Below, piece after piece: positions 29,674-40,681 of a stretch of DNA of 64,000 bases (position 1 is its first letter; each line of letters starts with the position of its first letter). Both the position numbers and the translations under genes were made by a program. The DNA is taken from the NCBI GenBank assembly GCA_963847185.1, contig CAWJYV010000007.1, positions 672,001 through 736,000 of the forward strand, written 5' to 3'. The notes beneath the pieces are model-generated. The model searched no databases. It was not told where the DNA came from and worked only from the letters and a program-made list of their open reading frames with translations. This DNA comes from an uncultured Methanosarcinaceae archaeon (lineage in GTDB: Archaea > Halobacteriota > Methanosarcinia > Methanosarcinales > Methanosarcinaceae).

Positions 29674-29743
29674 TAGATTCTGTCTCATGGTAGATACTGG
29701 CCTTTTGATAGACTCTGTCTCATAGTACATACCAGCCCTTTGA
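29674..29743. repeat. Two tandem imperfect 35-nt repeats
   Basis: TAGATTCTGTCTCATGGTAGATACTGGCCTTTTGA / TAGACTCTGTCTCATAGTACATACCAGCCCTTTGA. Confidence 0.75.
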
Positions 29744-29799
29744 AAAATGTTGTCAACCGTTTAAAATTATCTCTGTGCTTATCAGGAAAGGGGAATTTA

Positions 29800-30540
29800 A
29801 TGGAATTAACACTGAAGTTTGGGGACAAAACCACTGTAGCAGATATAAGAAAACTCCATGATATGGAAGATGTAGTGTTTGATAAAGAATGGTTTGAGAG
29901 AACAGAAATCAGAAATAAAGATACATACTATATGTTCAGAGATCTTGCTAAAAGTGATGCTGACCTTCAGACAATTACATCGAATCATCTGAGATACGAT
30001 ATTACTGTAATTCCGGCTGGAATGCTAGGGTCGGAATATATTAAAACCGTAGGGCACTACCATCCTCGAGTTCCCGGGACAGATATTTCTTATCCTGAGA
30101 TTTATCAGGTACTTGAAGGTTCTGCTACCTATCTCCTTCAAAAAGTGGAGTATGGAAAGGAGGATTTCGCTCTGGATGTTGTAGTCATCACAGCGGAAAA
30201 AAATGATCTGGTGCTCGTTCCTCCCGGATATGGGCATGTGACCATAAATGCTTCTGATAAGACTCTTGAGATGGCAAATTGGGTTTGCCGTGATTTTAAC
30301 TCTATTTATGAGCCTATTAAGAGGCTTTCCGGAGCTTCCTACTTCCTTCTTGATGATGGTTTTGTCAAAAATCCTCTTTACAGGAAGGTCCCATCCATTC
30401 GCCATCTTGAGCCTCTGCCTCCCAATACTCTTGGGTTGAGTTCTGGGGAAAACATGTATGAGCTCGTGCATGAAATTGAAAAACTCCGGTTTTTGACAGC
30501 TCCACAGGACTTCATGGGATTTTTTACAGGAATATTCTAA
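29800..30540 (+). CDS. Cupin-type glucose-6-phosphate isomerase
   Basis: YYMFRD, LRYDITVI, KTVGHYH, YPEIYQVL.G, VPPGYGHVTIN. Confidence 0.9.
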   Translation: MELTLKFGDKTTVADIRKLHDMEDVVFDKEWFERTEIRNKDTYYMFRDLAKSDADLQTITSNHLRYDITVIPAGMLGSEYIKTVGHYHPRVPGTDISYPEIYQVLEGSATYLLQKVEYGKEDFALDVVVITAEKNDLVLVPPGYGHVTINASDKTLEMANWVCRDFNSIYEPIKRLSGASYFLLDDGFVKNPLYRKVPSIRHLEPLPPNTLGLSSGENMYELVHEIEKLRFLTAPQDFMGFFTGIF

Positions 30541-30789
30541 AAAAACTATTTCAAAAATAGTTGTTAGATTTTTATCTTCAAAGCTTTATATGCTTTGATT
30601 CTCTTTTTCTTGCAATTCGTTCTGAACAATCCTGATTTTCCTTTATTTTTAAGAGCGGTTCTCTAACTTTGAAACAGGCTAAAAGCGCAAGAGTTTTAGA
30701 CAATATACTTTGGTAATTAGACAACATAATTTGGTAATAATACACAACTTATAAGAGGCATAAATACCTTCAATTAGTGGAGGGTTGAA

Positions 30790-31548
30790 ATGAAAAAAAA
30801 TGGATACCGTGTTCAATTTACATCATCCAGAATCAAGGATCTTATGTACAGGACTACTTTTGATCCCAAAAAGATGGATGGAGATATTATACTTAATCTC
30901 TCTATTATTGATAAAAAGGACCTTGATGACGTACTTAGAATCTTTAAGGTGGTTATCTCAAGCGGACTCTCAGTAACTCCCTATGTAAAAATAATCTCTG
31001 AAGGGGAGTCCATTGGAGACCTGACTATTGAAAAGGGAAAGGTAGGTATCGGGACAGTATGCAGTATAACAATTGATGGTGTTCTGCTCAAAGCAGGCAT
31101 TCCCATAAATCCGAAGCTAGGCGGAGTTGTTCAAATTCGAAATGGGATCCCGGTACGCTTTACTGATGTACTAACTTATGTAAGCACAACTGTAGACCCT
31201 CTTGAAATTCTGATGTCACAGGGTATTACTTCTGTTTCGGAAATGCTCAGAACAGGTTCAGGCAAAATCCTCGCAAACCTCAGAGAAGCCCCCATGGTTG
31301 CAAGAGACGAGATAGAAAGTTGTCTTTCTGATCTTCTGGATGCAGGTTTCAGTGGTATTCTGGAAGTCGGAGAACCAAATACAAGGGTTCTGGATGTCCC
31401 CATTGAGAGAGACCATCTTGGAATAGTGGTCATAGGAGGAACAAATCCTATGGCTGTTGTACAGGAATATGGAATCTCGATAAATACCAGCGCAATGTCA
31501 AGACTAATTTCATTTAAAGAGATGAGCAGAATTGAAGATCTGATCTAA
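30790..31548 (+). CDS. nrpRII: NrpR regulatory-domain (DUF128) protein without wHTH, NrpRII
   Basis: [37 protein letters not shown]; two NRD halves and no N-terminal HTH. Confidence 0.85.
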   Translation: MKKNGYRVQFTSSRIKDLMYRTTFDPKKMDGDIILNLSIIDKKDLDDVLRIFKVVISSGLSVTPYVKIISEGESIGDLTIEKGKVGIGTVCSITIDGVLLKAGIPINPKLGGVVQIRNGIPVRFTDVLTYVSTTVDPLEILMSQGITSVSEMLRTGSGKILANLREAPMVARDEIESCLSDLLDAGFSGILEVGEPNTRVLDVPIERDHLGIVVIGGTNPMAVVQEYGISINTSAMSRLISFKEMSRIEDLI

Positions 31549-31662
31549 AATCTGAAATGTCCTTCTTTCTAAAAGTCTCTTTTCACGAGCTTTTATTTAG
31601 CATTCATTCGGCTTTTTGTTCGGCTTCCTAAGTTTTGTCTCTTTTCTTGTTTCTTTTATTTA

Positions 31663-33054
31663 TTAACCCTTCTTTCGCAACTGTTCCCCTATAAACAAAT
31701 TAAGCCTCCTGGCAAATTCTTCTTTTGCATTTTCAGGAATAGTTGCTCCGGCTGCAATATCGTGTCCGCCTCCCATCCCTCCAACTTCTGCCGAAACCGT
31801 CGACATGGCTTCCGAAAGGTTTACCCCTCTTCTTATGAGATCCTGCGTTCCCCTGGCTGAGACTTTAATTCCTCCGTCGGCTTTTGCGAAGGCAATAATC
31901 GGAAGATTCCTGTTCTCAACTATTGTGGAACTCATGCCTGCAATAATTCCTACAATGGTTTCTTTAATCTCCGAACCTGCATCAAAATATTGAATATTTT
32001 CCAGCTGGATAATTCCTTTTTCCTTAACATACATGAGTCCGTTAATGAGATTCTGCCTGTGTTCAGCAAGCAATTTACGGGCGTCTTCATAGGCTTCTTC
32101 TCTATTTCCCATGCAGACTGCAAGTCCTATTTCTGCATGGTCATAGCGTGCAGTGGCGTTAAGAAGTGTCGAAAATTCGGATGCATCTCTCATCTCCGTT
32201 CCTTCTCTTTCATTTCGAAGGATGTAAACTTCGCCTATGAGTTTCTCTATCTTGTATGAGGGTATCCCTGATTTAAGGCAGTACTGGATAAGCCCTGAGA
32301 CAATTTTTTGCTTTTCTGGAGTTTCAAGATCAATCCAGCGCCTCCAGCGCTCATCCTGGCCGAAGCGAACATTCAGTGAATGAATAAATTCAATGCAAGC
32401 TTCTTCATCGCCTGTAAGCCCGGGCAGGTACGGGTCCGAGGAGTACTGTAATAACTTGTAAATCGGGCGAGTTTGCTTTCCAAAAAGGGTCAAATCTTTT
32501 TTGAATTCAAGAGAGCCTTCTTTTACTCCCTCCTCAAGAATTTCTCTGTTAATGCCTACAAGCTGTCCCATTTTCAGGTGCTGCATATCTCCAATTGCTC
32601 CCACTATGGCAAGAGAAGAAAGATCCTTATTTTTTCCAAGAGCTGAGGCCAGAAGATAGGTGCTTCCAGAGCCGCTCAATTCATAGGAGCCGTTTGCCCC
32701 GAAGAGGTGGGGATTGAGGTGAAATTGATAGTTGCCCTGAGGTTGATGGTGGTCTGAGATTACTGCATGGATTCCACGAGATTTAATCTGTTCACACATA
32801 CCGCTTCCCAAGTCCGTAAAGATAACCATCTCATGGTTTTCATCTGCAATAGCATCAAGGGACTTTTCATCAAGCTGTTTCACAAAGTGTGCTGTATATT
32901 CAAAATCTGCTCGTTTAAGAGCAGTGCAGATAATTCCTGCAGAAGTCAGTCCGTCAGCATCAATGTGGGATACGACATGAATGGATTTGTGTTTCCTGAT
33001 CTCGTTGGCACATTTGCCTGCTTCTTTCTGAAGCTCTTTCATCGTCTCAGACAT
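31663..33054 (-). CDS. RecJ/Cdc45-like DHH-DHHA1 phosphoesterase
   Basis: HIDADG, DLGSG, DHH, SARG, GGGHDIAAG. Confidence 0.92.
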   Translation of the reverse strand: MSETMKELQKEAGKCANEIRKHKSIHVVSHIDADGLTSAGIICTALKRADFEYTAHFVKQLDEKSLDAIADENHEMVIFTDLGSGMCEQIKSRGIHAVISDHHQPQGNYQFHLNPHLFGANGSYELSGSGSTYLLASALGKNKDLSSLAIVGAIGDMQHLKMGQLVGINREILEEGVKEGSLEFKKDLTLFGKQTRPIYKLLQYSSDPYLPGLTGDEEACIEFIHSLNVRFGQDERWRRWIDLETPEKQKIVSGLIQYCLKSGIPSYKIEKLIGEVYILRNEREGTEMRDASEFSTLLNATARYDHAEIGLAVCMGNREEAYEDARKLLAEHRQNLINGLMYVKEKGIIQLENIQYFDAGSEIKETIVGIIAGMSSTIVENRNLPIIAFAKADGGIKVSARGTQDLIRRGVNLSEAMSTVSAEVGGMGGGHDIAAGATIPENAKEEFARRLNLFIGEQLRKKG

Positions 33055-33098
33055 ATTCTCTCCAGAATTTTTCTACTTGTCAACTTAAATTTCTTTTC

Positions 33099-33587
33099 TT
33101 AGCTTTGTTTTCTTTCCCATTCTCGAGGATCGATTTTGTAATCTTTTCCATCTCTTTTTATCTCTGGAAAACCCCTAATCTCCTGTAATGTGAGTTTGAG
33201 ATTTTGAGTTAGATATTTTTTCTTTAACTCTTCCCAGGGAACCATATATGCTTCTCTACCATGTCCTGCTCCCATACGAAGTTCTACCGCAAGGAATCCT
33301 TTTCTTCCTGATTTGTTAAGGTAATCTGAAATCCTTTCTATCTGATGAATTCCTTTTTTGTCCACTGTAAAATGTTGAGAGAAGTAGAGTGCATTTGCCC
33401 CTTTGTCTACCGATATACTTTTGCACTCAATTCCAAGGTATAAATCAGGATTAAGAGAATCTACAAGCACATCAAGAAACTGAGAAGTAAACCTGTGTTG
33501 TTTAAGCCTGTAGGAGATAGCCCTGATGCCTTTTTCTTCAATGTATGTGTTAAAGGAATTTACAAGCAGGCGTTCAAATTCGGTCAT
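33099..33587 (-). CDS. Predicted PD-(D/E)XK nuclease (Holliday junction resolvase-like)
   Basis: FE..LV...D.LVD...IECKS, HQIER, GFLAVE. Confidence 0.6.
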   Translation of the reverse strand: MTEFERLLVNSFNTYIEEKGIRAISYRLKQHRFTSQFLDVLVDSLNPDLYLGIECKSISVDKGANALYFSQHFTVDKKGIHQIERISDYLNKSGRKGFLAVELRMGAGHGREAYMVPWEELKKKYLTQNLKLTLQEIRGFPEIKRDGKDYKIDPREWERKQS

Positions 33588-34025
33588 GAAATCCTGTCTA
33601 ATGTCCTCGCTATTTTACTTAAGCTTTTAGAATATAGTTCTTCTGTTTCATGAATATAAAATGGGTCAGTGTGGATTACTCCCAGAAAATCATAAGAATG
33701 ACAATATTATAAAGTCTTGAGTACAGGTTTACTTTTGAGTACGATTTTCTTTAATCACTCGCAAATATGTTTTTTTAGAAAACATAGGTTCTCTAAAACT
33801 TATTTGTTTTTTAGTGGGATCTATTATAGATCAAAAATAGATCAAAATTTCTGAAATCAGAGAACAATTAGAGTAAAGTATGAATCTACTAAAGGTAAAA
33901 TTATGAAATTTGTTCAGAAGTATTTTTTCTAGTGCTTAAAAAGCTGGAAAAGAGCTGGAATAAAGTTGAAAGAAACAATTTTCTAAAAATAGAGCCGATC
34001 AATATGATCGGCAAATGTGAACTAT

Positions 34026-34421
34026 TTAATTTGCTATAATGAAGCTTACAAAATCCGGGCTGAGCCTCGTTTCCTTTACAAGCCTCTCTATAGTGTCTTC
34101 ATTGGAAAGACCTTCTTCTTTAAGTTCTCTTATGCGGTCAAAAACATGCTGAGATACTTCAGAATATTCATTAATATCTTTTCGGTGGCCCCATACATCG
34201 CCTTCAAGCAGAGAAATATTCTGCATGCAGAGATACATCTGTGCAGAACTGGAAATTGTCCTCTTGTATGAGCTTGGGATGTGGATCGCTTTTACTTCTG
34301 GACACTTCAGGATGAGCTTGAAAATATCCTTGTTAGAAGGTCTGAATGCCAGATGGATAATTTCCTCATCGAGTTTTAAAGTGTCTATTTCTTCTTTTGA
34401 ACTTACAACTCTTATTTTCAT
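34026..34421 (-). CDS. DUF1699 family protein
   Basis: MKIRVVSS..EI, HLAFRPSNKD, GDVWGHRKDINEY. Confidence 0.85.
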   Translation of the reverse strand: MKIRVVSSKEEIDTLKLDEEIIHLAFRPSNKDIFKLILKCPEVKAIHIPSSYKRTISSSAQMYLCMQNISLLEGDVWGHRKDINEYSEVSQHVFDRIRELKEEGLSNEDTIERLVKETRLSPDFVSFIIAN

Positions 34422-35033
34422 TTTTCATCACCGTTCTTTCCAGGCTTTTAGAATTCTCATAGGGTTTTTAGGGTTTCGTGAAATTTTAAGAGCTTTTTTA
34501 AGTTTGTGAGGTTTTTGGGTCCCTTTCAGGCTTTTTTAATTCATTTCTGAGCTCAATGATTTCTTTCTGTTCCGATTCCTGCGCTTGAATGGTCAGTTTA
34601 CCGAAAGGTATTTTTTTACTTATATTCTTTCTCACATTATAAATATTTTTATATATGACGTATCTATGCTATATTTATACGATACTATTTAATATTTTTC
34701 GGTAGGGCTCTTTTTAAATTTACTACTATGTTTTTGCAAAAAGATGCTTTTCTACTGAAAACTATATGAAAAAATTCATTTTCTGATGCAGGCCTTTCTG
34801 AATCGGGAATTATGAATTTTTTCGGTTCTCTTCCAAGCCTATTTCATTTATTTCATGCAAAATATATAGAGTGTGTCCGTGAGTTATTGATCAATTACGA
34901 AAAAGCGAGTACATTCCCCATATTTGAGATAAATGTAGAAAGAGTATTATGATTACGTTTTCAATAACTCATGCCCATTACCCTAATATAAAAGGAGATT
35001 ATTTTTTCCCTTTACTTTGAACTCACTATCTTG

Positions 35034-36689
35034 TTAATCTTCCAACATTTTAGACATATATACGTTATCAAGAGTATACCCTAATTTCCGGTAATATTCT
35101 CTGGCGCCTATTCCACTAATTATGCTGAGTTTACTGTAACCGGAATCATGCGCTATATTCTCTGCGTGTTCCAGAAGTTCCTTTCCATATCCTCGATGCT
35201 GCCAATCTTTTTGCTTTGCTCCTTTTCCTACAGGTACCATTGAGCCGTAAACATGCAGTTCTCTTATCAAAGCAGCTTCCTGAAGCTCCGGGCGGTGAGG
35301 GGCAGCCGGGAAACGCAGGCGAGTAAACCCTATTAGAACATCTGCAGCAAGATCTTCAAATGCGATGAAGTGCTCTTTACCTTCACAAGCTTCATAGGTT
35401 TCCACAGTAAGTTCGATGTCTTCCTCATTTACTTTTCTCCCCTTCAAACTGGTATGTCCTACTTCCCTGCAGCGGATACAGCGGCATTTCCCTCCTTTTT
35501 CTCTAAGCTTTTCTTCTGCCAATTGCCTGAGGTTACTCTTGCGGACTCCTGCAAAGATCTGATGGGCGGGAATATCACGCTGAACGCGTTGAAGCCTTAC
35601 CCATTTAGGCAGGATAGCTTTTATATCTGCAACCAGTTCTGCTGCTTCTTCATCAGAAAGAGCTTCATATTCTCCTGTTTCCCAGAGCCTGTATAGAGGA
35701 GTCCCTTCAGTTACAAGGGTAGGGTAAATCTTGAGATAATCAGGCCTGAAGCGAAAGTCCTCAAAGAGTTTTTTAAACCCTCTTAGATCCAGTTTTGAGT
35801 CTGCCCCTGGAAGATGGGGCATCATATGGAACCCAACTTTAAATGCGCTATCTCGAAGCACCTGGTTAGCCTTTACAATCTCTGAAACTCCGTGTCCTCT
35901 CTGCATGCGGGTAAGCACAAAATCATAGACACTCTGTACCCCCAGTTCTACTTTTGTCCCTCCAAGCCTGAGAAATTCGTCAACATGTTTTGCTTCTGCC
36001 CAGTCCGGACGAGTTTCAAATGTAATCCCCACATTACGGATTTTGGCTGTCTCGTTGGCTTTTTGCACCTCTTCAAGAGGGATATAGGGGATGTCCTTTC
36101 CAATTTTCCAGGCGTTTTTTCTCCATTCCTCCCCTGTGAAATCATTCATTGCCTCAAGACACCTTTTAGTAAACCATTCTTGATAATCAAGACTGCGCGC
36201 GGAAAATGTGCCCCCCATTACTATCAGTTCAACTTTCTCTATGTCATGACCTATTTCTTTGAGCTGGGAAAGCCTTGATGTCACCTGAGTGTATGGGTCG
36301 AACTCATGCTGGATAGCTCTCATAGCTGCAGGTTCTCGCCCCATATAGCTTTGAGGAGACTTAAATGCAGAGCCTGGACCTCCGGGACAGGGCAAACAGA
36401 CCCCGTGAGGGCATGGGGCTGGCGAGGTCATCACAGCAATTACCGCAACTCCGGAAATTGTTCTCACTGGCTTCCGTTTCAGAAATTCCTTAATAACTGT
36501 CTGCTCTTCGGGGGTACCCTGCATTATAATGTCCCCATTCCTGGGAAGGCTTGTCAGATGATAGTGCTTACTGACGTCTTTCTTCGCTTTATTTAATTGT
36601 TTCTCATCTTTTATTTCGCCCGCCAGTACTTTTTCGAGAACTTCCTTACAGGCCATGATATAGTCGTTTTCTTTCATCTCAAGTTCCAT
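35034..36689 (-). CDS. elp3: Elp3 radical SAM/KAT tRNA U34 modification enzyme
   Basis: CPHG.C..CPGG, MGGTF, ETRPD, KIYPTL, RVQRDIP, RELHVYG, WQHRGYG. Confidence 0.96.
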   Translation of the reverse strand: MELEMKENDYIMACKEVLEKVLAGEIKDEKQLNKAKKDVSKHYHLTSLPRNGDIIMQGTPEEQTVIKEFLKRKPVRTISGVAVIAVMTSPAPCPHGVCLPCPGGPGSAFKSPQSYMGREPAAMRAIQHEFDPYTQVTSRLSQLKEIGHDIEKVELIVMGGTFSARSLDYQEWFTKRCLEAMNDFTGEEWRKNAWKIGKDIPYIPLEEVQKANETAKIRNVGITFETRPDWAEAKHVDEFLRLGGTKVELGVQSVYDFVLTRMQRGHGVSEIVKANQVLRDSAFKVGFHMMPHLPGADSKLDLRGFKKLFEDFRFRPDYLKIYPTLVTEGTPLYRLWETGEYEALSDEEAAELVADIKAILPKWVRLQRVQRDIPAHQIFAGVRKSNLRQLAEEKLREKGGKCRCIRCREVGHTSLKGRKVNEEDIELTVETYEACEGKEHFIAFEDLAADVLIGFTRLRFPAAPHRPELQEAALIRELHVYGSMVPVGKGAKQKDWQHRGYGKELLEHAENIAHDSGYSKLSIISGIGAREYYRKLGYTLDNVYMSKMLED

Positions 36690-36910
36690 CTTTCCGGGTT
36701 CTATTATTCCGGATTTTTCTTCTGTACAGTTCTTTGAATAAAAGCAAATGTTCGAGGATTTTCAAAAAAGATTGCATTTGACCTTTTCTAAGGCCTTATG
36801 CTTTAGTTCTCACGGATTGTAAGCTAAATGAATACACTAGTTTGTGATTACAAAAATTTATTACTCTATGATATTTGCTTACCTCTACGGTCTTCACAGG
36901 ATTTTCCTGC

Positions 36911-37486
36911 TTAGCAGAGATCTAACCCAATTATAAAGGTTCCACGCCCTGTTTCTGGCTTTAAGTCCATTACGGATCTGATGTACTCATCTGAAGGAGT
37001 AGAAGGAGATGCGAGCACAATATTGCTTATGCCGTTCATACAATCTAATTCTTTACATTTTTGAGGGGGTAGAACTACTGTTATAGGTTCTTTCTTTGAA
37101 TCGTTTGGCTTAGGTACTGCACTTTTGTAAAGCACAAAATTACCCATAACCATCATATCTTTACATTTTTTGCATTCCTCAAGTTTTTCGGGGTCATAAA
37201 CATCTTCGCCGACTTTTTGCCCATATTGCATGAAAACAACATTGGGGCCCTCGGGCCATACATAGTCCATATTGGTTGTAAAGGCGATAATCACTTGACG
37301 CTTGAATACTTCCTTAATTCCCTGGTTATCTCCAATTCCAAGGCCCATAAGGACGGCTCCTTCTGCCTTCTTTTCGAGTTCAAGAACTTTTTCTTTGTCC
37401 TCTTCGCTCAAAATGTATGTTTCTTCCACACCTTTTATAGCTTTTATCCTGCATATGGCTTCCTGAATAGCATTTTTACATTCCAA
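36911..37486 (-). CDS. Hypothetical protein
   Basis: 191-aa ORF with SD AGGGG; ASPSTPSD motif; function not recognised. Confidence 0.7.
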   Translation of the reverse strand: MECKNAIQEAICRIKAIKGVEETYILSEEDKEKVLELEKKAEGAVLMGLGIGDNQGIKEVFKRQVIIAFTTNMDYVWPEGPNVVFMQYGQKVGEDVYDPEKLEECKKCKDMMVMGNFVLYKSAVPKPNDSKKEPITVVLPPQKCKELDCMNGISNIVLASPSTPSDEYIRSVMDLKPETGRGTFIIGLDLC

Positions 37487-38269
37487 TATAATTTTCCCCT
37501 TCGTATTTTTAGACCTATATATTACTAAGGTATAAAATATGATCTTATTTAATTCTCTGCATATTCAGAGTGTACAGACGATTTTGCTTTTTTCCAATCT
37601 CTTAGTATTCATACATAATATCTATTTTATATTTCTCCTCTTATATCGTCAATTTCTAATATCATAAATGATTTTTCCCGCAATGGCAAAGACATAATTC
37701 TGTTCAAACTTTATTATTATAAAAATAATAGAAGTACTTGCAGCAATTGTCTAAATTATTTTAAAAACAACCTTCAGCTTTGTATTGATATTTTTCTGAA
37801 TTAGGGCGTGATATGTTGAACTTTCATGTTGAACTTCCATGTTGATATTTTTGGTCATTCAGTGGACGTTCCATTAAGAAAGTATCTTCTGAGGATATTT
37901 ATTCTCAGGGCAAATTCTGTTATTGCTCCTGAACATGCATATCTTCGCCGACTTACCCGGGTGAAGCTAAAATCATGATTTCTGGAAATCGGGGCTTTAT
38001 GAAATAAGGGTAGCTTTCGGAGTTTCAGGAGTTTCTCAAAATTACAATCTACATTAACTTCGCATATTTTTAAAATTAGTAGTTACTGAATTTATTTAGT
38101 AAAATACCCTTTAATTATATATCTTTTTTTCATAGTCAATTATAAATATTTCGACTTTATCTCTCATGTTAACTTCTGACGAATCTCCCATCTGAGATCT
38201 TTCGACATTTCCCGTTATTTATATCGTTGTTTTGCGCTTTTCCTATTCAATTTCCCTGAAACAGACCAC

Positions 38270-38471
38270 AAAAGATTTAATAAGGCAATTATTTTATAGA
38301 ACACTTGTAATCCAATTTAGAGGGATAAGGAGGGAATGAAATCCTCTTCGACAATAGACGATAATTACTAAGTCTTATTTGGTGAAGAATGGTGAAACCC
38401 TTTAAGTGTGTTGATCCCGACACTTCTTCTTACATACGACATATCTTAACAAACATGGAGGAAACAATAAA
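38270..38471 (+). promoter_or_regulatory. S-layer gene promoter and long 5' leader
   Basis: TATA-like TTTAATAA (~38276) and TTTTATA (~38292); hairpins in the leader; SD GGAGG at 38457. Confidence 0.55.
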
Positions 38472-40509
38472 ATGAAGAGATTTGCAGCGGTAACACTGGC
38501 TGCTCTCATGCTTCTGACTGTATTTGCATCCGCCGCAAGTGCAGCAGACTCAGTTGAGATCCGCGGTCCTGTGTTCAACGGCTCTAACATTGACGATATT
38601 ATCGACACCCAGGGTGACGGTACAACCCTTACAGTCGATGCAACTAAATTTGCAGCATTCTACTACGACATTAACGACAACGTAACAACCGAAACACTTT
38701 CCATTAAAGACGTTGCAGGCACTGAAGGTAACGTCATTGGAGAGAATGGTCTTGTCTACACAACCCAGATTAAGAAGGTTGCTTACGAATACGAAAATGC
38801 AGATGCTGGCTGGGACAACTACAGCTTGATTGGTTTCTTTGCAGACAAGTATATCCCAATTAAACCAACCAAAGCTGACAAACTTGCCAAACTCGTAATG
38901 GACAGTGACGCCAAGCAGACCCTCAGAACCGGTGAAACCCTTGACCTCGGTGAAGGCTATGCTCTCGAAGCCAAGCAGGTTGATGTAGACGGTGAGAAAG
39001 TCTGGCTCGAGTTCACTAAAGACGGAGAATACGTAGATGACGAAATCATCTCAGTCGACTGACAACAGTGACAACACCTGGGACGTCGAACTCGATGACA
39101 TCCAGGGCGAAGACGATGTCGTTGTCCTTAAAGTACATGTCAACCAGGTCTTCCAGGGTGCAGTCGACAGCATTGCTCAGATCGAAGGTATGTGGCTCAT
39201 TGACTACGCAAACGCCATGAAGATCGAGTCTGACGATGAATTCGGCGAACTCAACAACGTTAAGATCAACGGTGACACCCTTACCATCAGCAATGAAGAC
39301 ACCTTCACTCTGACCAGGGACTCAACCCAGGAAATTGCTCAGGGATTGTCCTTCAAGATTGCTGACACCTCATCCAATATGCTCAGATTCTATCCAACAA
39401 AAGAAATCACAGAGCCTGGAACCTATGAGATCAGGGGACAGGTTGCATCTGGCACAGGTGACATGACCTGGACTGCAGACAACTTTGCAGGATTCTACTA
39501 CGACATCAATGACAATGTTAAAACAGAATCTCTCTCTGTCTCTGACATTGAAGGAAATGTAATTCCTGAAAACGGTCTTAAGTACTCAACCACAATTGAG
39601 AACGTCGCCTACGAATACGAGAATGCAGATGCTGGTTGGAAGACATTCCCTGTAATGGGCTTCTTTGCAGAAAAGTATGTTCCAATTAAACCAACCAAAG
39701 CTGACAAACTTGCCAAACTCGTAATGGACAGTGACACCAAGCAGACTCTCAGAACCGGCGAAAGCCTTGACCTCGGTGAGGGCTATGCTCTCGAAGCCAA
39801 GCAGGTTGATGTAGACGGTGAGAAAGTCTGGCTCGAGTTCACCAAAGACGGAGAATATGTAGATGACGAAATCATCTCAGTCTCCAGCGGTAGCGACAAC
39901 ACCTGGGACGTCGAACTCGATGACATCCAGGGCGAAGACGATGTCGTTGTCCTTAAAGTACATGTCAACCAGGTCTTCCAGGGTGCAGTCGACAGCATTG
40001 CTCAGATCGAAGGTATGTGGCTCATTGACTACGCAAACGCCATGAAGATCGAATCTGACGATGAATTCGGCGAACTCAACAACGTTAAGATCAACGGTGA
40101 CACCCTTAACATCAGCAATGAAGACACCTTCACTCTGACCAGGGATTCTGATCAGGAAATCGCCGAAGGTATGTCCTTCAAGGTCGCTGACACCTCAACC
40201 TCCGAACTCAGGTACTACCCATTCGTTGAGAGGACAGTCGGTGAAGGAAACGAAACCGTTACTCCGATCCGAGTAACAAAACTGATGAGAACAAAACTGA
40301 TGAAGAAGTGAACGCTACTGAACCTTCAGAAGAGAACGCTTCCGAAGAGCCAACTGAGGATGTAACCGGTGAGGAACCATCCGAAACCGAGCCATCCGAG
40401 GAAACTCCAGCTGAGAACGAAACTGAAGAACCAGACTCCAGGCTTCGCAGTTGTTCCAGGAATCCTTGGACTCCTTGCAGTTGTCTACCTCGTCAGGAGA
40501 AACAAATAA
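38472..40509 (+). CDS. Major S-layer protein (two DUF1608 repeats, linker, PGF-CTERM); three frame breaks near 39057, 40265 and 40434
   Basis: MKRFAA...ADSVEIRGPV, FAAFYYD; highly biased codon usage; the third frame ends TPGFAVVPGILGLLAVVYLVRRNK*. Confidence 0.92.
38856..40145 (+). repeat. Near-identical ~465-nt internal duplication (38856-39320 and 39682-40145)
   Basis: Direct sequence comparison; offset is 826 nt before and 825 nt after position ~39057. Confidence 0.9.
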
Positions 40510-40519
40510 ATTTCTAAAT

Positions 40520-40560
40520 GAAGGGTTTCCTTAACCCTTCTCTTTAATTCTTTTTTTAGT
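40520..40560 (+). terminator. S-layer gene terminator
   Basis: GAAGGGTT-TCCTT-AACCCTTC hairpin followed by T-tracts. Confidence 0.7.
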
Positions 40561-40681
40561 TATTTTGCAGATAGTTTTTTATTTAAGGATGTCTTAAGTC
40601 CTGTCTATTCTTTTTAATCCTAAAATCCTGATCCTTAGACCTGTCTGGTTATTTCTCAGGATTTTAATCAGGTGAAGTCTT

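Noticed and set aside
29674-29743. 35-nt repeats (and the 27-nt repeats at 46481) as a mini-CRISPR array
   Set aside because: The units abut without spacers and there are no cas genes in the window
37812-37846. 13-nt tandem repeat ATGTTGAACTT(T/C)C, about 2.5 copies
   Set aside because: Short and not clearly tied to a promoter; likely a slippage product
39060-39062. TGA in the S-layer gene as selenocysteine or read-through
   Set aside because: The continuation is in another frame, and comparison with repeat 2 shows a 1-nt insertion
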